A DNA stretch of 64,000 nucleotides from Pontiella sp. GTDB taxonomy: Bacteria > Verrucomicrobiota > Kiritimatiellia > Kiritimatiellales > Pontiellaceae. Location: contig JBNKHE010000002.1 in assembly GCA_050290185.1 (NCBI GenBank), positions 160,001 to 224,000 on the forward strand, given 5' to 3'. This document shows, one piece after another, positions 8,694-17,957 of the stretch. How positions within the stretch are numbered: the stretch's first letter is position 1; each line of letters starts with the position of its first letter. Under the pieces are notes generated by a model. That model did not search any database. It was not told the origin of the DNA and saw only the letters and a program-made list of their open reading frames with translations. Made by a program: the position numbers and the translations under genes.

Positions 8694-9884
8694 CTACTTG
8701 GAAAACTGTTCCGCGTACTTGCCCAGCATGCGGCCGGCCTCGCGACACTCGTCAAGGATCTCTTCTGAGGGCACATATTGGGAACGAAGCGGACCGCGCA
8801 TGAGCTCGATCTTCATCTCCTTCATCGCATCTTCAACGGCGGAGGCTCCGCCCCGCTTGCTCCATCCATAGGAACCAAAAGCGAAGCCCGCCTTGTTGGT
8901 CGGCCGAAGGCCCGACAGATAGGTGAGCACGCCGGCCATTTTCGGCATCAGCGAGTTGTTGAGCGTCGGTGTGCCAATGGCCAGGGCAGCGCAGTCGAGC
9001 ACCTCGGTTGCAATCGTCGTCGCATGGGTGGTATCGACGTTGTAGAAGCGAGCTTCGACATTACACTCATGGGCGCCCTCCAGGATGGCCTCGGCCATTT
9101 TTTCGGTGGCCTTCCACATGGTAGCGTAAAGTACAATGACTTTCGGGCGCGGCTTGCAGACCACATATTTCCGGTACGCCTCGAACACTTCCTTGAGATG
9201 GCTGCGCCAGATGACGCCGTGGCTCGGCGCAATCATTTCGATGTCCAGACCGGCAGCGCGATCCATGGTCTGCGCAATCGGGCGGCCATAAAGCATGACG
9301 ATGTTGGCATAGTAGGCTTTCGCCTCGTGCAGGATTACGTCGAGCGGCTCCTCGTCATCGAAGCGGAAGGCGGACGCATAATGCTGGCCGAATGCATCCA
9401 TCGAGAACAGCAGCTTGTCTTCCGGTACATAGGTGAACATTGATTCAGGCCAGTGCACCATCGGCGTATTGACAAACTGAAGCGTCCGTTTTCCGAGCGA
9501 AAGTGTATCGCCGTCTGCCACGACCTGCCATTTCCAGTTCGAGGTGTCGTAGTGCTTTTCAAGCGCATCCTTGCACTTGGCGTTGCAGACCATAACTGCG
9601 TTCGGGCAAGCTTCCATCGCGCCGGGCAATCCCCCGGAATGGTCGGGTTCGGCGTGGTTGCAGACGATGTAGTCAATGCTGTCCAGCGGAGCCAGGGCCT
9701 CGATATGTTCGAGATACTTATCCACAAACGGTGCCTTTACACCGTCGATCACCGCATTCTTTTCGTCGCGGATCAAATAGGCATTATACGTGGACCCGCT
9801 TTCCGTTTTGTATCCGTGAAAATCGCGTACGGTCCAATCGATGCAACCAACCCAGTCAATGCCTTCCTTCAAGGTGATATTCAT
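8694..9884 (-). CDS. fprA: Flavodiiron protein (FprA, O2/NO reductase)
   Basis: GSTYNAYLI, NHAEPDHSG, HWPE, DAFGQH, APSHG metallo-beta-lactamase diiron motifs plus flavodoxin domain (FGSYGWS). Confidence 0.95.
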   Translation of the reverse strand: MNITLKEGIDWVGCIDWTVRDFHGYKTESGSTYNAYLIRDEKNAVIDGVKAPFVDKYLEHIEALAPLDSIDYIVCNHAEPDHSGGLPGAMEACPNAVMVCNAKCKDALEKHYDTSNWKWQVVADGDTLSLGKRTLQFVNTPMVHWPESMFTYVPEDKLLFSMDAFGQHYASAFRFDDEEPLDVILHEAKAYYANIVMLYGRPIAQTMDRAAGLDIEMIAPSHGVIWRSHLKEVFEAYRKYVVCKPRPKVIVLYATMWKATEKMAEAILEGAHECNVEARFYNVDTTHATTIATEVLDCAALAIGTPTLNNSLMPKMAGVLTYLSGLRPTNKAGFAFGSYGWSKRGGASAVEDAMKEMKIELMRGPLRSQYVPSEEILDECREAGRMLGKYAEQFSK

Positions 9885-9890
9885 AGCCTC

Positions 9891-10313
9891 TTACTTCCCC
9901 CATTTGGATTCTTCCGCCAGCACCGCCAGCGTCGTTCTATCAAAATAGTCGCGCACCTGCCTTGCCAACCCCGGCAGCAAGGTCCCCAGCACACAATCGG
10001 CACGAGGACACCTATCTTTACCAAAAAGGCAGGGATTGCAAAGCATGGAGCCCTCCATAACTTCATAAATCTCCAGCAATCTGATTTCAGCAGGATTCTT
10101 GGCAAGGCTCACGCCACCAGCAGGCCCCCTGAGTGACAAAATCAGGCCGGCCTTGGTCAACCGCTGGTGAACCTTGGCCAGATGATGCCGCGAAACATCG
10201 AACAGCTCGGCGATCTCGGCCGTAGTTGACTGCCCTTCCGGGTCGATGGCCAGGTGCACCATGGAGTGCAGCGCCAGCGCCGTTGCATCGGATAATTTAA
10301 TAATATCAGCCAT
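9891..10313 (-). CDS. Rrf2 family transcriptional regulator with Cys-rich C-terminus
   Basis: HLAKVHQRLTKAGLILSLRGPAGG winged helix; CNPCLFGKDRCPRADC. Confidence 0.93.
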   Translation of the reverse strand: MADIIKLSDATALALHSMVHLAIDPEGQSTTAEIAELFDVSRHHLAKVHQRLTKAGLILSLRGPAGGVSLAKNPAEIRLLEIYEVMEGSMLCNPCLFGKDRCPRADCVLGTLLPGLARQVRDYFDRTTLAVLAEESKWGK

Positions 10314-10323
10314 GGTTCCTCAC

Positions 10324-10372
10324 TAAATAAGCAATGGCGTACCTATTTACGCAATAACGCTGCACCGTGCAA
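10324..10372 (-). promoter_or_regulatory. Rrf2 operon promoter and palindromic operator
   Basis: Minus strand TTGCAC-N17-TAAATA; palindrome TAAATAAGCA-N6-TACCTATTTA (10324-10349) overlaps the -10 box. Confidence 0.6.
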
Positions 10373-10382
10373 CCTAAACCTG

Positions 10383-10412
10383 AAAAAAAAAGCCCGGCGA
10401 ACATGGCCGGGC
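10383..10412 (-). terminator. Rho-independent terminator after aspC
   Basis: GCCCGGC-CATGTTC-GCCGGGC stem followed by U9. Confidence 0.85.
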
Positions 10413-10436
10413 CTCCCTTGAATCCGTGTAATCAGA

Positions 10437-11633
10437 TCAGGCGTTCAACGCTTCCGCAATCGAATCGCAGACATAATCGATATTGGCCGAAGTCAACCCG
10501 GCCACATTGATACGGCCGCCCTTGACGATGTAGATGGCCTTGTTTTCGCGAAGCCAGTTGACGACTTCGTCGGACAGGCCGCTAAACGAAAACATGCCGC
10601 GCTGTTCGGTAATGAAAGAAAAGTCCTGCCCCACACCCCGCGCCATCAATCCATCGACCAAGGTCTTGCGCATGGCTTTGATGCGTTCGCGCATTTCCGT
10701 GAGCTCCCCGATCCACAAATCGTAGAGTTTTGGGTCATTTAACACGGTTGCGGCCGTCTGCCCGCCGTGCGCAGGAGGATTGGAATAGTTGGTACGAACC
10801 ACGAGTTTTACCTGACTTGCGGCCACGGCAGCTTCTTCTGCTGTCGGACTGACGATCGTGAGAGCGCCGGTACGCTCGCAATAGAGCCCGAAATTCTTGG
10901 AGAACGAGCTCGCCACATAGAAGTCGATGCCGGCAGCTGCAAATTTTTCAACCGCACCACGGTCGGCCTCAAGGCTATCGCCAAAGCCCTGATAGGCGAA
11001 GTCGAGGAAAGGAGTCCAGCCCTTTTCGACAGCCACGGCAACCACGCGATCCCACTGCTCGTTCGAAAGGTCAACGCCGGTCGGATTGTGGCAACAGACA
11101 TGCATCAGCACGACGTCTCCCGCGGGTACGTTTTCCAGGCAGGCAATCATGCCTTCAAAATCGACCCCCCGGGTCTGCGCATTGTAATAGGGATAGTCGC
11201 CGATCGAAAAGCCGGAGGCTGTAAAGACGCCTTTGTGGTTGGCCCAGGTCGGTGTGCTGACCCATAGCGTTGCATCGGGCTTGAACCGGTGCAGCAGATC
11301 GCCACCGACACGCAACGCACCTGTTCCTCCCGGCGTTTGCAGGGTCACGGCGCGCCCCGACCCAATGACTTCACTATCCTCTCCGAACAGCAATTTCTGG
11401 ACATTGGCATTGTACGAAGGGTCTCCGGTCATCGGCAGATAGCCCTTCGTGGACTGCGTCTGCTCAAGCTCGCGTTCTGCAGCCTTGATGCATATCAGTA
11501 CAGGCGTCTGACCCTGATCGTCCTTGTAGACTCCGACTCCCAGATTGACCTTGTTGGGATTGCCGTCCTTCTTGAAGGCTTCCGTAAGCCCCAGAATGGC
11601 GTCGGCCGGAGCCGTTTCGACTTCTTTCCACAT
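10437..11633 (-). CDS. aspC: Aspartate/aromatic amino acid aminotransferase
   Basis: KVNLGVGVY, CCHNPTG, DFAYQGF, SFSKNFGLY (PLP lysine), GRINVAG. Confidence 0.93.
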   Translation of the reverse strand: MWKEVETAPADAILGLTEAFKKDGNPNKVNLGVGVYKDDQGQTPVLICIKAAERELEQTQSTKGYLPMTGDPSYNANVQKLLFGEDSEVIGSGRAVTLQTPGGTGALRVGGDLLHRFKPDATLWVSTPTWANHKGVFTASGFSIGDYPYYNAQTRGVDFEGMIACLENVPAGDVVLMHVCCHNPTGVDLSNEQWDRVVAVAVEKGWTPFLDFAYQGFGDSLEADRGAVEKFAAAGIDFYVASSFSKNFGLYCERTGALTIVSPTAEEAAVAASQVKLVVRTNYSNPPAHGGQTAATVLNDPKLYDLWIGELTEMRERIKAMRKTLVDGLMARGVGQDFSFITEQRGMFSFSGLSDEVVNWLRENKAIYIVKGGRINVAGLTSANIDYVCDSIAEALNA

Positions 11634-11647
11634 AATCTTTACCTCTT

Positions 11648-12808
11648 TTATCCGAAATATTTTTGATACCAGCGGTTGATGGTGTCTTCCTGAACCTTAA
11701 CGATACCGATCTCGCGCAGCGCATTTTCCGGCGAATCCGAGGCATGGGCGGCATTGACCATGATATCGGTTCCGAATTCCTTGCGCACCGAGCCCGGCGC
11801 AGCCTTGCTCGGATCGGTTGGTCCCAGAATGGTGCGGATCTTTTCAACCGCATTCTCGCCGGCATAGACAAGCGTCATGCAACGCACCTTGCCTTCGGCG
11901 TTGACTTCGTCGCCATGGATATCCGGAGCCCACAGGCCCGTCATGAAATTCATGATGCTGTAAAACTGGTTGTCGCCAAAGGCCGGACCGAGGGTTCCGG
12001 ACAGCGAGTCCTTCACGCTGTCAGGCATCTCGAAACCAAACTCGTCCTTCAATACCTGACAGGCGCGGTCGACGGCCATACCACCGAGCTTGTCGCGCAG
12101 CACCGGTTGCACCGGCCCATAGAATTCCAGGGCTTCGGCGAGACTCATACGTAGCAGTTTTGCCCCGATCATCCTCAACCCGGAACGGGAAAAAATGTCC
12201 ACAATGTTGCCTGGGCGCGAATTCGGGAAGGTAAAGTTATCAGGCTTGATGATAACCAATGTCTTCTGGACATCCTTATCGTCCGCAAGGCGGATCGCAT
12301 TGTCCAGTACACCGCCGTCGGATTCCGAAAACTCCGCCCACAAACCAAGCGTGGCCTTCACAAACTCGGGGGTCGGTCCCGCCAGTACGGCCGGCTCGAA
12401 GTAGGTGACAGATCCGTCGTGCGCCTTGATATAGTCGCCATAGGTGCCGCGGATGGTATCCGCGCTTTCGATCGAATCCTCGAACCCCCCGATGGCATCG
12501 CGCAACTTGCGCACGGCGTCTTCTCCTTCGAAAAGAAGCATCAATACGCGATGCACCTGCCCGTCTTTCGTCGGAGCGAACTCCCGTTCGACATATTCCG
12601 GCAGAATTTCCCGGATCTCCGGCCAAATATCCTCACTCTTGCTAATCAGATCTGCATAGCGGGTTACTAGCTCCGCGCTCGGCCCAAACATACGCGCGGC
12701 CACAAGATCCAGCCCGGTTGTGCTCAACAGTCGCCCAAGCACGCCACCGGTGCGTGACTTTCTCAATGTATACGGGGTAATTAATACGTATCCAAGTTCC
12801 TTTGACAT
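11648..12808 (-). CDS. ndk: Nucleoside-diphosphate kinase with tandem NDK domains
   Basis: C-terminal domain KTLVIIKPD...GSVRKEFG...NAAHASDS; homologous degenerate N-terminal domain; AGGAGG RBS before ATG 12808. Confidence 0.88.
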   Translation of the reverse strand: MSKELGYVLITPYTLRKSRTGGVLGRLLSTTGLDLVAARMFGPSAELVTRYADLISKSEDIWPEIREILPEYVEREFAPTKDGQVHRVLMLLFEGEDAVRKLRDAIGGFEDSIESADTIRGTYGDYIKAHDGSVTYFEPAVLAGPTPEFVKATLGLWAEFSESDGGVLDNAIRLADDKDVQKTLVIIKPDNFTFPNSRPGNIVDIFSRSGLRMIGAKLLRMSLAEALEFYGPVQPVLRDKLGGMAVDRACQVLKDEFGFEMPDSVKDSLSGTLGPAFGDNQFYSIMNFMTGLWAPDIHGDEVNAEGKVRCMTLVYAGENAVEKIRTILGPTDPSKAAPGSVRKEFGTDIMVNAAHASDSPENALREIGIVKVQEDTINRWYQKYFG

Positions 12809-12879
12809 TCTCATCCTCCTGAAGTATTGAATCTAAATACCTACACGCGATTGTTCGCACAACGTTGAAATGCGACTTT

Positions 12880-14187
12880 ATGGATACTCACTCCCAGCCA
12901 ACCCCACTCCCAGAGAAGGTTCTTCGCCGCCATTTTGAGCTGTTGAAGGAGCTTCTTCCCGATTTTAACCGTCTGGTCCTCGGCGAAGGACGGCCTGCCG
13001 ATACCCTGCTCAACCATTACCTGAGAAGCCACCGGGAACTCGGTTCCCGGGACAGACGCTTCCTCTCCCAGGCCATCTTTTCCTACTTTCGCTGGTATGG
13101 ATGGTCCGTCGGCAAGCTCGGTCTTGAGCCGGTTGAAGCCTGCCTGCTCGGCGCCATGCTCGACAGCATTGAACTACATCCAAGCTTCGCGTATATCCAG
13201 GCTCAATGCAAGGGGCCGGAAGGCATGATTCCCATTGGGAACCTGACCATCACGGAAAAGCGCGACGCGGTTGGCGAATGGTACAAGGATAGCCCTCAGT
13301 CTCAGCCCTTGGCTTTAGTGGACCTGCTCCCCTCCGACTTCGAAGAAGTGGTCGCCCCCCAGGCAATCAACCAGTGCATTGAGGAGTTTCAGCACCGCCC
13401 CCCGGCATGGATACGGTCCCGCACCGAAACATCCGAGCTCGTAAAAATACTTGCAGAACACAATATCCCTGCTCAGACGCACGGGCTTGCCACGTCGGCC
13501 ATATCCATCGAAAGTGGCGTCAGCCTCGCCCACGAACTCAAGGATCATACCGGCCAGTTTATCGTGCAGGATATCGCCTCGCAGTGCGTAGGACTCATCT
13601 GCGCGCCCTCGACAGGCCAGGACTGGTGGGACTGCTGTGCAGGTGCGGGGGGGAAAGCCCTCCACCTGATGGATCTGATGCAACCAGAAGGTAAGGTGCT
13701 GGCGACGGACGTCCGCATTGAGGCATTGAAAGAACTGAAAAAGCGCGCGCGACGCTACGGCATCCGCAATATCCGCACCCAACCCTTCAATGCTGCAACC
13801 GACGAACCCTTTACAAAAACCTTCGACGGTGTGCTCGTCGACGCTCCTTGTTCCGGATGGGGAACCTGGGCCCGGAATCCGGATGCACGCTGGCGCACCT
13901 CGCGGCGCGAGGTGATCCAGGCTGCGAACCGCCAGTTGAAAATCCTGAACAATGCCGTCTGGTGCGTGAAGCCCGGCGGTGCACTGGTCTATGCCGTCTG
14001 CACCCTTACCCGGCCCGAGACCGAGGAAGTGGTCATGAACTTCCTCGACCAGCACACCAACTTCAAGCTCGACCCCTTTGCCAACCCCCTCACCGGAGAG
14101 CAGACCAACGGGCAATTGCAGATCTGGCCGTGGGACGGCCCCGGCGACGCCATGTTCATCGCCCGCTTCATCCGCCAACGCGAGTAA
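12880..14187 (+). CDS. RsmB/NOP family SAM-dependent RNA m5C methyltransferase
   Basis: VQDIASQ, DCCAGAGGK, VLVDAPCSGWG and LVYAVCT motifs. Confidence 0.92.
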   Translation: MDTHSQPTPLPEKVLRRHFELLKELLPDFNRLVLGEGRPADTLLNHYLRSHRELGSRDRRFLSQAIFSYFRWYGWSVGKLGLEPVEACLLGAMLDSIELHPSFAYIQAQCKGPEGMIPIGNLTITEKRDAVGEWYKDSPQSQPLALVDLLPSDFEEVVAPQAINQCIEEFQHRPPAWIRSRTETSELVKILAEHNIPAQTHGLATSAISIESGVSLAHELKDHTGQFIVQDIASQCVGLICAPSTGQDWWDCCAGAGGKALHLMDLMQPEGKVLATDVRIEALKELKKRARRYGIRNIRTQPFNAATDEPFTKTFDGVLVDAPCSGWGTWARNPDARWRTSRREVIQAANRQLKILNNAVWCVKPGGALVYAVCTLTRPETEEVVMNFLDQHTNFKLDPFANPLTGEQTNGQLQIWPWDGPGDAMFIARFIRQRE

Positions 14188-14310
14188 CCGCGCCGCCTCC
14201 TTGTCTCCTTAAATGCGGGCTTCGCCATCTTCGTCGGATGCCACGACAATATGGAAAACGGCCGATTTCCCATTTACAACAACCGCTGCATCTTTACAGG
14301 ACTTACAACC

Positions 14311-15327
14311 ATGAATATCCGTCATACCGCGTATGCGGTCCTTGCCCTCATTCCGTCGCTCGTCCTTGCGCAGCAAACCGAAATGCAGACATTGACCTCC
14401 GGCCGCCCGGACGGACATGCCCCCATCGGCGTGATGGGCGACCATACGCATGGAGCGGGCGAATACATGCTGTCCTACCGATACATGTTTATGGACATGC
14501 AGGGCAATCGCGACGGCACCGACCGCCTGAGCCAGCAGCAGGTGTTCGACGACGGGTTCATGGTGGCCCCCAGCCGCATGTCGATGCAGATGCACATGAT
14601 CGGAGCCATGTATGCGCCGACCGATAACCTGACGCTCATGGCCATGGTGCCCTACAAGCAGCTTTCGATGGATCTTCACACCAAGATGGGACAGGCCTTC
14701 TCCACCGGCTCGGAAGGGCTCGGCGACGTACGCGTGAGCGGCATGTTCCCGCTGCACAGCTGGGCACGCCAGCGGCTCCACTTCATCGCCGGACTCAGCC
14801 TGCCCACCGGCTCAATTACCGAGCGCGACAATACCCCGGCCGGTGCCAACCAGAAGCTCCCCTATCCCATGCAGCTCGGCTCCGGCACCGTCGATCTCCT
14901 GCCGGGCATCACCTATCTGGGCGAGAGTGACGACTGGTCGTGGGGATCGCAGCTCAACGGAACCATCCGGCTGGACCGCAACGACCAGGACTATTCACTC
15001 GGAGACCGCGCGGCACTCACCGCGTGGGGCGCACGCCGCTGGTGCCGCTGGTTGAGCACCTCCCTGCGCGTCGAAGGCCAGGCATGGGACGATATCGACG
15101 GCCACGACGCCGAGCTTAACCCCATGATGGTGCCCACGGCCGATCCGAACCTCCGCGGCGGCAAGGAGGCCAACGTATTCCTCGGGGCCAATTTCTACGG
15201 CCGCGATGGATGGATCAAGGGCCAGCGACTTGCACTTGAATGGGGAATCCCCTTCTACCAATCACTCAATGGTCCCCAGCTCGAAACCGACTGGCGGTTC
15301 ACCGCAGGATGGCAGTTCGCCTGGTAG
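14311..15327 (+). CDS. Putative outer-membrane beta-barrel transporter with His/Met-rich N-terminus
   Basis: Signal peptide, RPDGHAPIGVMGDHTH, GLGD, GLSLPTG, MQLGSGT, aromatic C-terminus (GWQFAW). Confidence 0.8.
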   Translation: MNIRHTAYAVLALIPSLVLAQQTEMQTLTSGRPDGHAPIGVMGDHTHGAGEYMLSYRYMFMDMQGNRDGTDRLSQQQVFDDGFMVAPSRMSMQMHMIGAMYAPTDNLTLMAMVPYKQLSMDLHTKMGQAFSTGSEGLGDVRVSGMFPLHSWARQRLHFIAGLSLPTGSITERDNTPAGANQKLPYPMQLGSGTVDLLPGITYLGESDDWSWGSQLNGTIRLDRNDQDYSLGDRAALTAWGARRWCRWLSTSLRVEGQAWDDIDGHDAELNPMMVPTADPNLRGGKEANVFLGANFYGRDGWIKGQRLALEWGIPFYQSLNGPQLETDWRFTAGWQFAW

Positions 15328-15370
15328 AATATTGCCTGCGGTAAACGCCGCAGCGTCCTTGCAGAGGAAC

Positions 15371-15688
15371 TCAAAGCAGCTCGCAATATTCAATATCGGA
15401 ACTGGAAAAGGCTGCATGATCGATGCGCAGGCGGATGGATTCTTCGGTGGGTGATGGCAGCAAAAGGGAATCCAGCACAAGCTTGCCTTCGATCTCGTGG
15501 TCCATGCCCATAAGCCGGACACATACATGCTGGTTGAGGGCGATGCCGAAGCGCCGGTTTAGGACCTGAATCGCCTGCTTCTGCTCGGATACATACTGGA
15601 ACCAGCCCTCTTCGCCGAGGTCACGCGGGAATTCGAGCAAGTCGTCCGACGCTAAGTTAAAATCAAGCTGGTTTCCACAATCATCCAT
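15371..15688 (-). CDS. Hypothetical protein
   Basis: Protein-like composition; fills the gap between flanking genes; no motif recognised. Confidence 0.6.
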   Translation of the reverse strand: MDDCGNQLDFNLASDDLLEFPRDLGEEGWFQYVSEQKQAIQVLNRRFGIALNQHVCVRLMGMDHEIEGKLVLDSLLLPSPTEESIRLRIDHAAFSSSDIEYCELL

Positions 15689-15782
15689 GTCGCGCAAGAT
15701 AAACCAAAAGACCCCCGTTTGAAAATTGGCTTTCCATTTTTTCCTTAGTCTGGGAGAAAGAGATCAACCACAGAGGAGTGTC

Positions 15783-15977
15783 ATGAAATACATTGCCGGT
15801 GCCATGATCATTGCTAGCTGCATACTTGCGACGGGCTGCGTTCATCGCGTCGTCACCGTCGAGCCCAAGTATGCCAATCCCAAAACCAAGAACCAGTATG
15901 GTGGAAACCACACCAAATACGTCGACGATAGGATCATCTGGTTCTGGCAGGATGGTTTCCGCAACCCGGAAGAATAA
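15783..15977 (+). CDS. Small putative lipoprotein (64 aa)
   Basis: GAGGAG RBS; MKYIAGAMIIASCILATG-C lipobox; C-terminal IIWFWQ. Confidence 0.75.
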   Translation: MKYIAGAMIIASCILATGCVHRVVTVEPKYANPKTKNQYGGNHTKYVDDRIIWFWQDGFRNPEE

Positions 15978-16166
15978 GGTCGCATCGCCAAATCCCCGAC
16001 CGGACCTTGGCCCAAGCCTACCCTGATTCTGCCAAAGATCCTTGGTCAGAAAGCAAGCCTCTATCTATTGATATGAAAAGATATGGCGACTCCGCGCGCT
16101 TGTACGTTTCCTGCACCTCGCCCTGGAGGGGATCATGATTCCCGCCTGCAACCAGCATTCTGACTT

Positions 16167-16361
16167 CTAGCGCCAGCTCAGGCTCATCAGGATGCGCAGC
16201 ATATACCAGAACAAGAGCGCAACACATGCAAACCGTTGCAAGGATGCCGCAACGTGTTGATCCGCGGAATAATGGTTCATGGTTCTCACCGTCTCGTAAA
16301 GGATTGCTCTGCTGGCCAGGATGCCCCCAAAGACCATGTCTCTATGCTCTAAAAAACGCAC
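16167..16361 (-). pseudogene. Decayed C-terminal fragment of a Bax inhibitor-1/YccA family membrane protein
   Basis: AILYETVRTMNHYSADQHVAASLQRFACVALLFWYMLRILMS matches the last two helices of BI-1 proteins; the N-terminal three quarters is missing. Confidence 0.7.
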
Positions 16362-16732
16362 GGCATCACATCGGGCATTCTCACTTTTCCAACAGCTTCA
16401 ATCCGCGAAATCTGCCTGGATAGATCTTGGCATGCTGAACTCTTTCCTCTAAAAACCACCCTCATTTTTGTCAAACGTCTACCAAAAGTGGCACGCGCGA
16501 AAGGCGTCGGCGGACGCGGAAAAAACCCCCATTAAGCTGCATAGCTTAAGGAAAGTGACGGAGTAGCGGTAGAAGATAGGTTGATCCATCCGATCTCGGC
16601 ATGGTCGGCAGCCCAGGTTGGTTTTTAAGTATTCGCAAACCACCAGAAAAGCTGCTGCACAACCGAGCAGGAACGCCTTTATCAGAGCAACCGAACTCCT
16701 TTCATGAACCATTATTCATCAAATAAACGCCC

Positions 16733-17926
16733 ATGAAAAATATACTTACACTCTGCATAATTTTATTCGCGATGCATTCCGGCCCGATCCGCGCGGGAGA
16801 CATCCTCTCCCCGCTCAACCAACTTGGATACGGCACGGTTTCCGGCCGCCTGCAATCGCTGAGCATGTACCGTGATTTTGAAAGCGGAGGGAACCGAAAC
16901 GGAGCCAACTCCAGCATGGGTCTTATTTTGAATTACACCACGCCCGACGTGGCGGGCTTCAGTGCCGGACTGGGATACAACTACGCCGATGTGACGTACG
17001 AGAACAACCTCTCGGGCATGCTGGCAAATGACGACATCAATATCCTGAATGAAGGATGGGTTCGGTATGCTTTCGGAATCGGGTCGTTCTCCAACTCCAC
17101 TGTGCTGGTGGGCCGCAAAATCTATAATGGCGAAGTTTTCCGCGCGGATGATTTCCGCCAGAAGTCCCGATCCATCGAAGCCGTTCAGCTTAAGACATCG
17201 GATATCGGACATGTCCAACTAACGGTTGGACATGCCGCCAAGCTGAGCAACTGGATCGACAGCGGGGATAAATGGAAATTTAACAACTTCGGCGACGTCT
17301 TCGGAGCCAGCTACAACACGGATGGCGTGACCTGGGGAGAACTGACCCGCACCGGATGCGGCGATGCGCTTGAGATCGCATTGTTCGATGCCTATGCCTG
17401 GGATGTGGCCAACCTGGCCGGAACCCGGACGAAATGGGACGTGTCCGAACACAGCGCACTTATTGGATACTATCGCCACGAGAATGATATCGGACAGGCG
17501 GCCGAACACCATGCGGATGCATATGGACTGTCATGGCAGCAAAAGGTTGGCGATATTGCACTCGAGCCGGGGTTCTTCAGTGTACACGGTGGAACCCTCC
17601 GGTTTCAGGAAACAACCACCGGGATCAACCATCCGCTCGGTGCCTCCATGGAAATTTGCTCCTGCCAGTTTAACGGCGGAGCGGATAGTGCCTACCTGAA
17701 AGTGACCACAACGGTTGGAAAAACCAAGCTTTACGGGATCTACAACTACACGTGGCACAACAAGCTTTCGTTCGATGGACAGGAGCTGAATCTGGTGATC
17801 AGGCAACCTATCATGGAAAATCTCTCTATCGCCTTCAAGGGAGGCTTCGGCTACCGCGACCAAAAAGATGGCACTGCAAACAAGACCGATACCGATGCGC
17901 GCCTCTTCGTGACCTACGCGTTCTAG
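16733..17926 (+). CDS. Putative outer-membrane porin (OprD-like beta-barrel)
   Basis: Signal peptide, amphipathic beta-strand pattern, C-terminal DARLFVTYAF barrel signature. Confidence 0.75.
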   Translation: MKNILTLCIILFAMHSGPIRAGDILSPLNQLGYGTVSGRLQSLSMYRDFESGGNRNGANSSMGLILNYTTPDVAGFSAGLGYNYADVTYENNLSGMLANDDINILNEGWVRYAFGIGSFSNSTVLVGRKIYNGEVFRADDFRQKSRSIEAVQLKTSDIGHVQLTVGHAAKLSNWIDSGDKWKFNNFGDVFGASYNTDGVTWGELTRTGCGDALEIALFDAYAWDVANLAGTRTKWDVSEHSALIGYYRHENDIGQAAEHHADAYGLSWQQKVGDIALEPGFFSVHGGTLRFQETTTGINHPLGASMEICSCQFNGGADSAYLKVTTTVGKTKLYGIYNYTWHNKLSFDGQELNLVIRQPIMENLSIAFKGGFGYRDQKDGTANKTDTDARLFVTYAF

Positions 17927-17957
17927 GATTCTTTCAGCACTATGCGCAGGGAGAAGG

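Noticed and set aside
16480..16732. Possible riboswitch upstream of the porin (GGAGTAGC, GAGCAGG and GAAA-loop fragments)
   Set aside because: Only isolated short matches to yybP-ykoY, NiCo or c-di-GMP motifs; I could not build the required helices or conserved cores by eye
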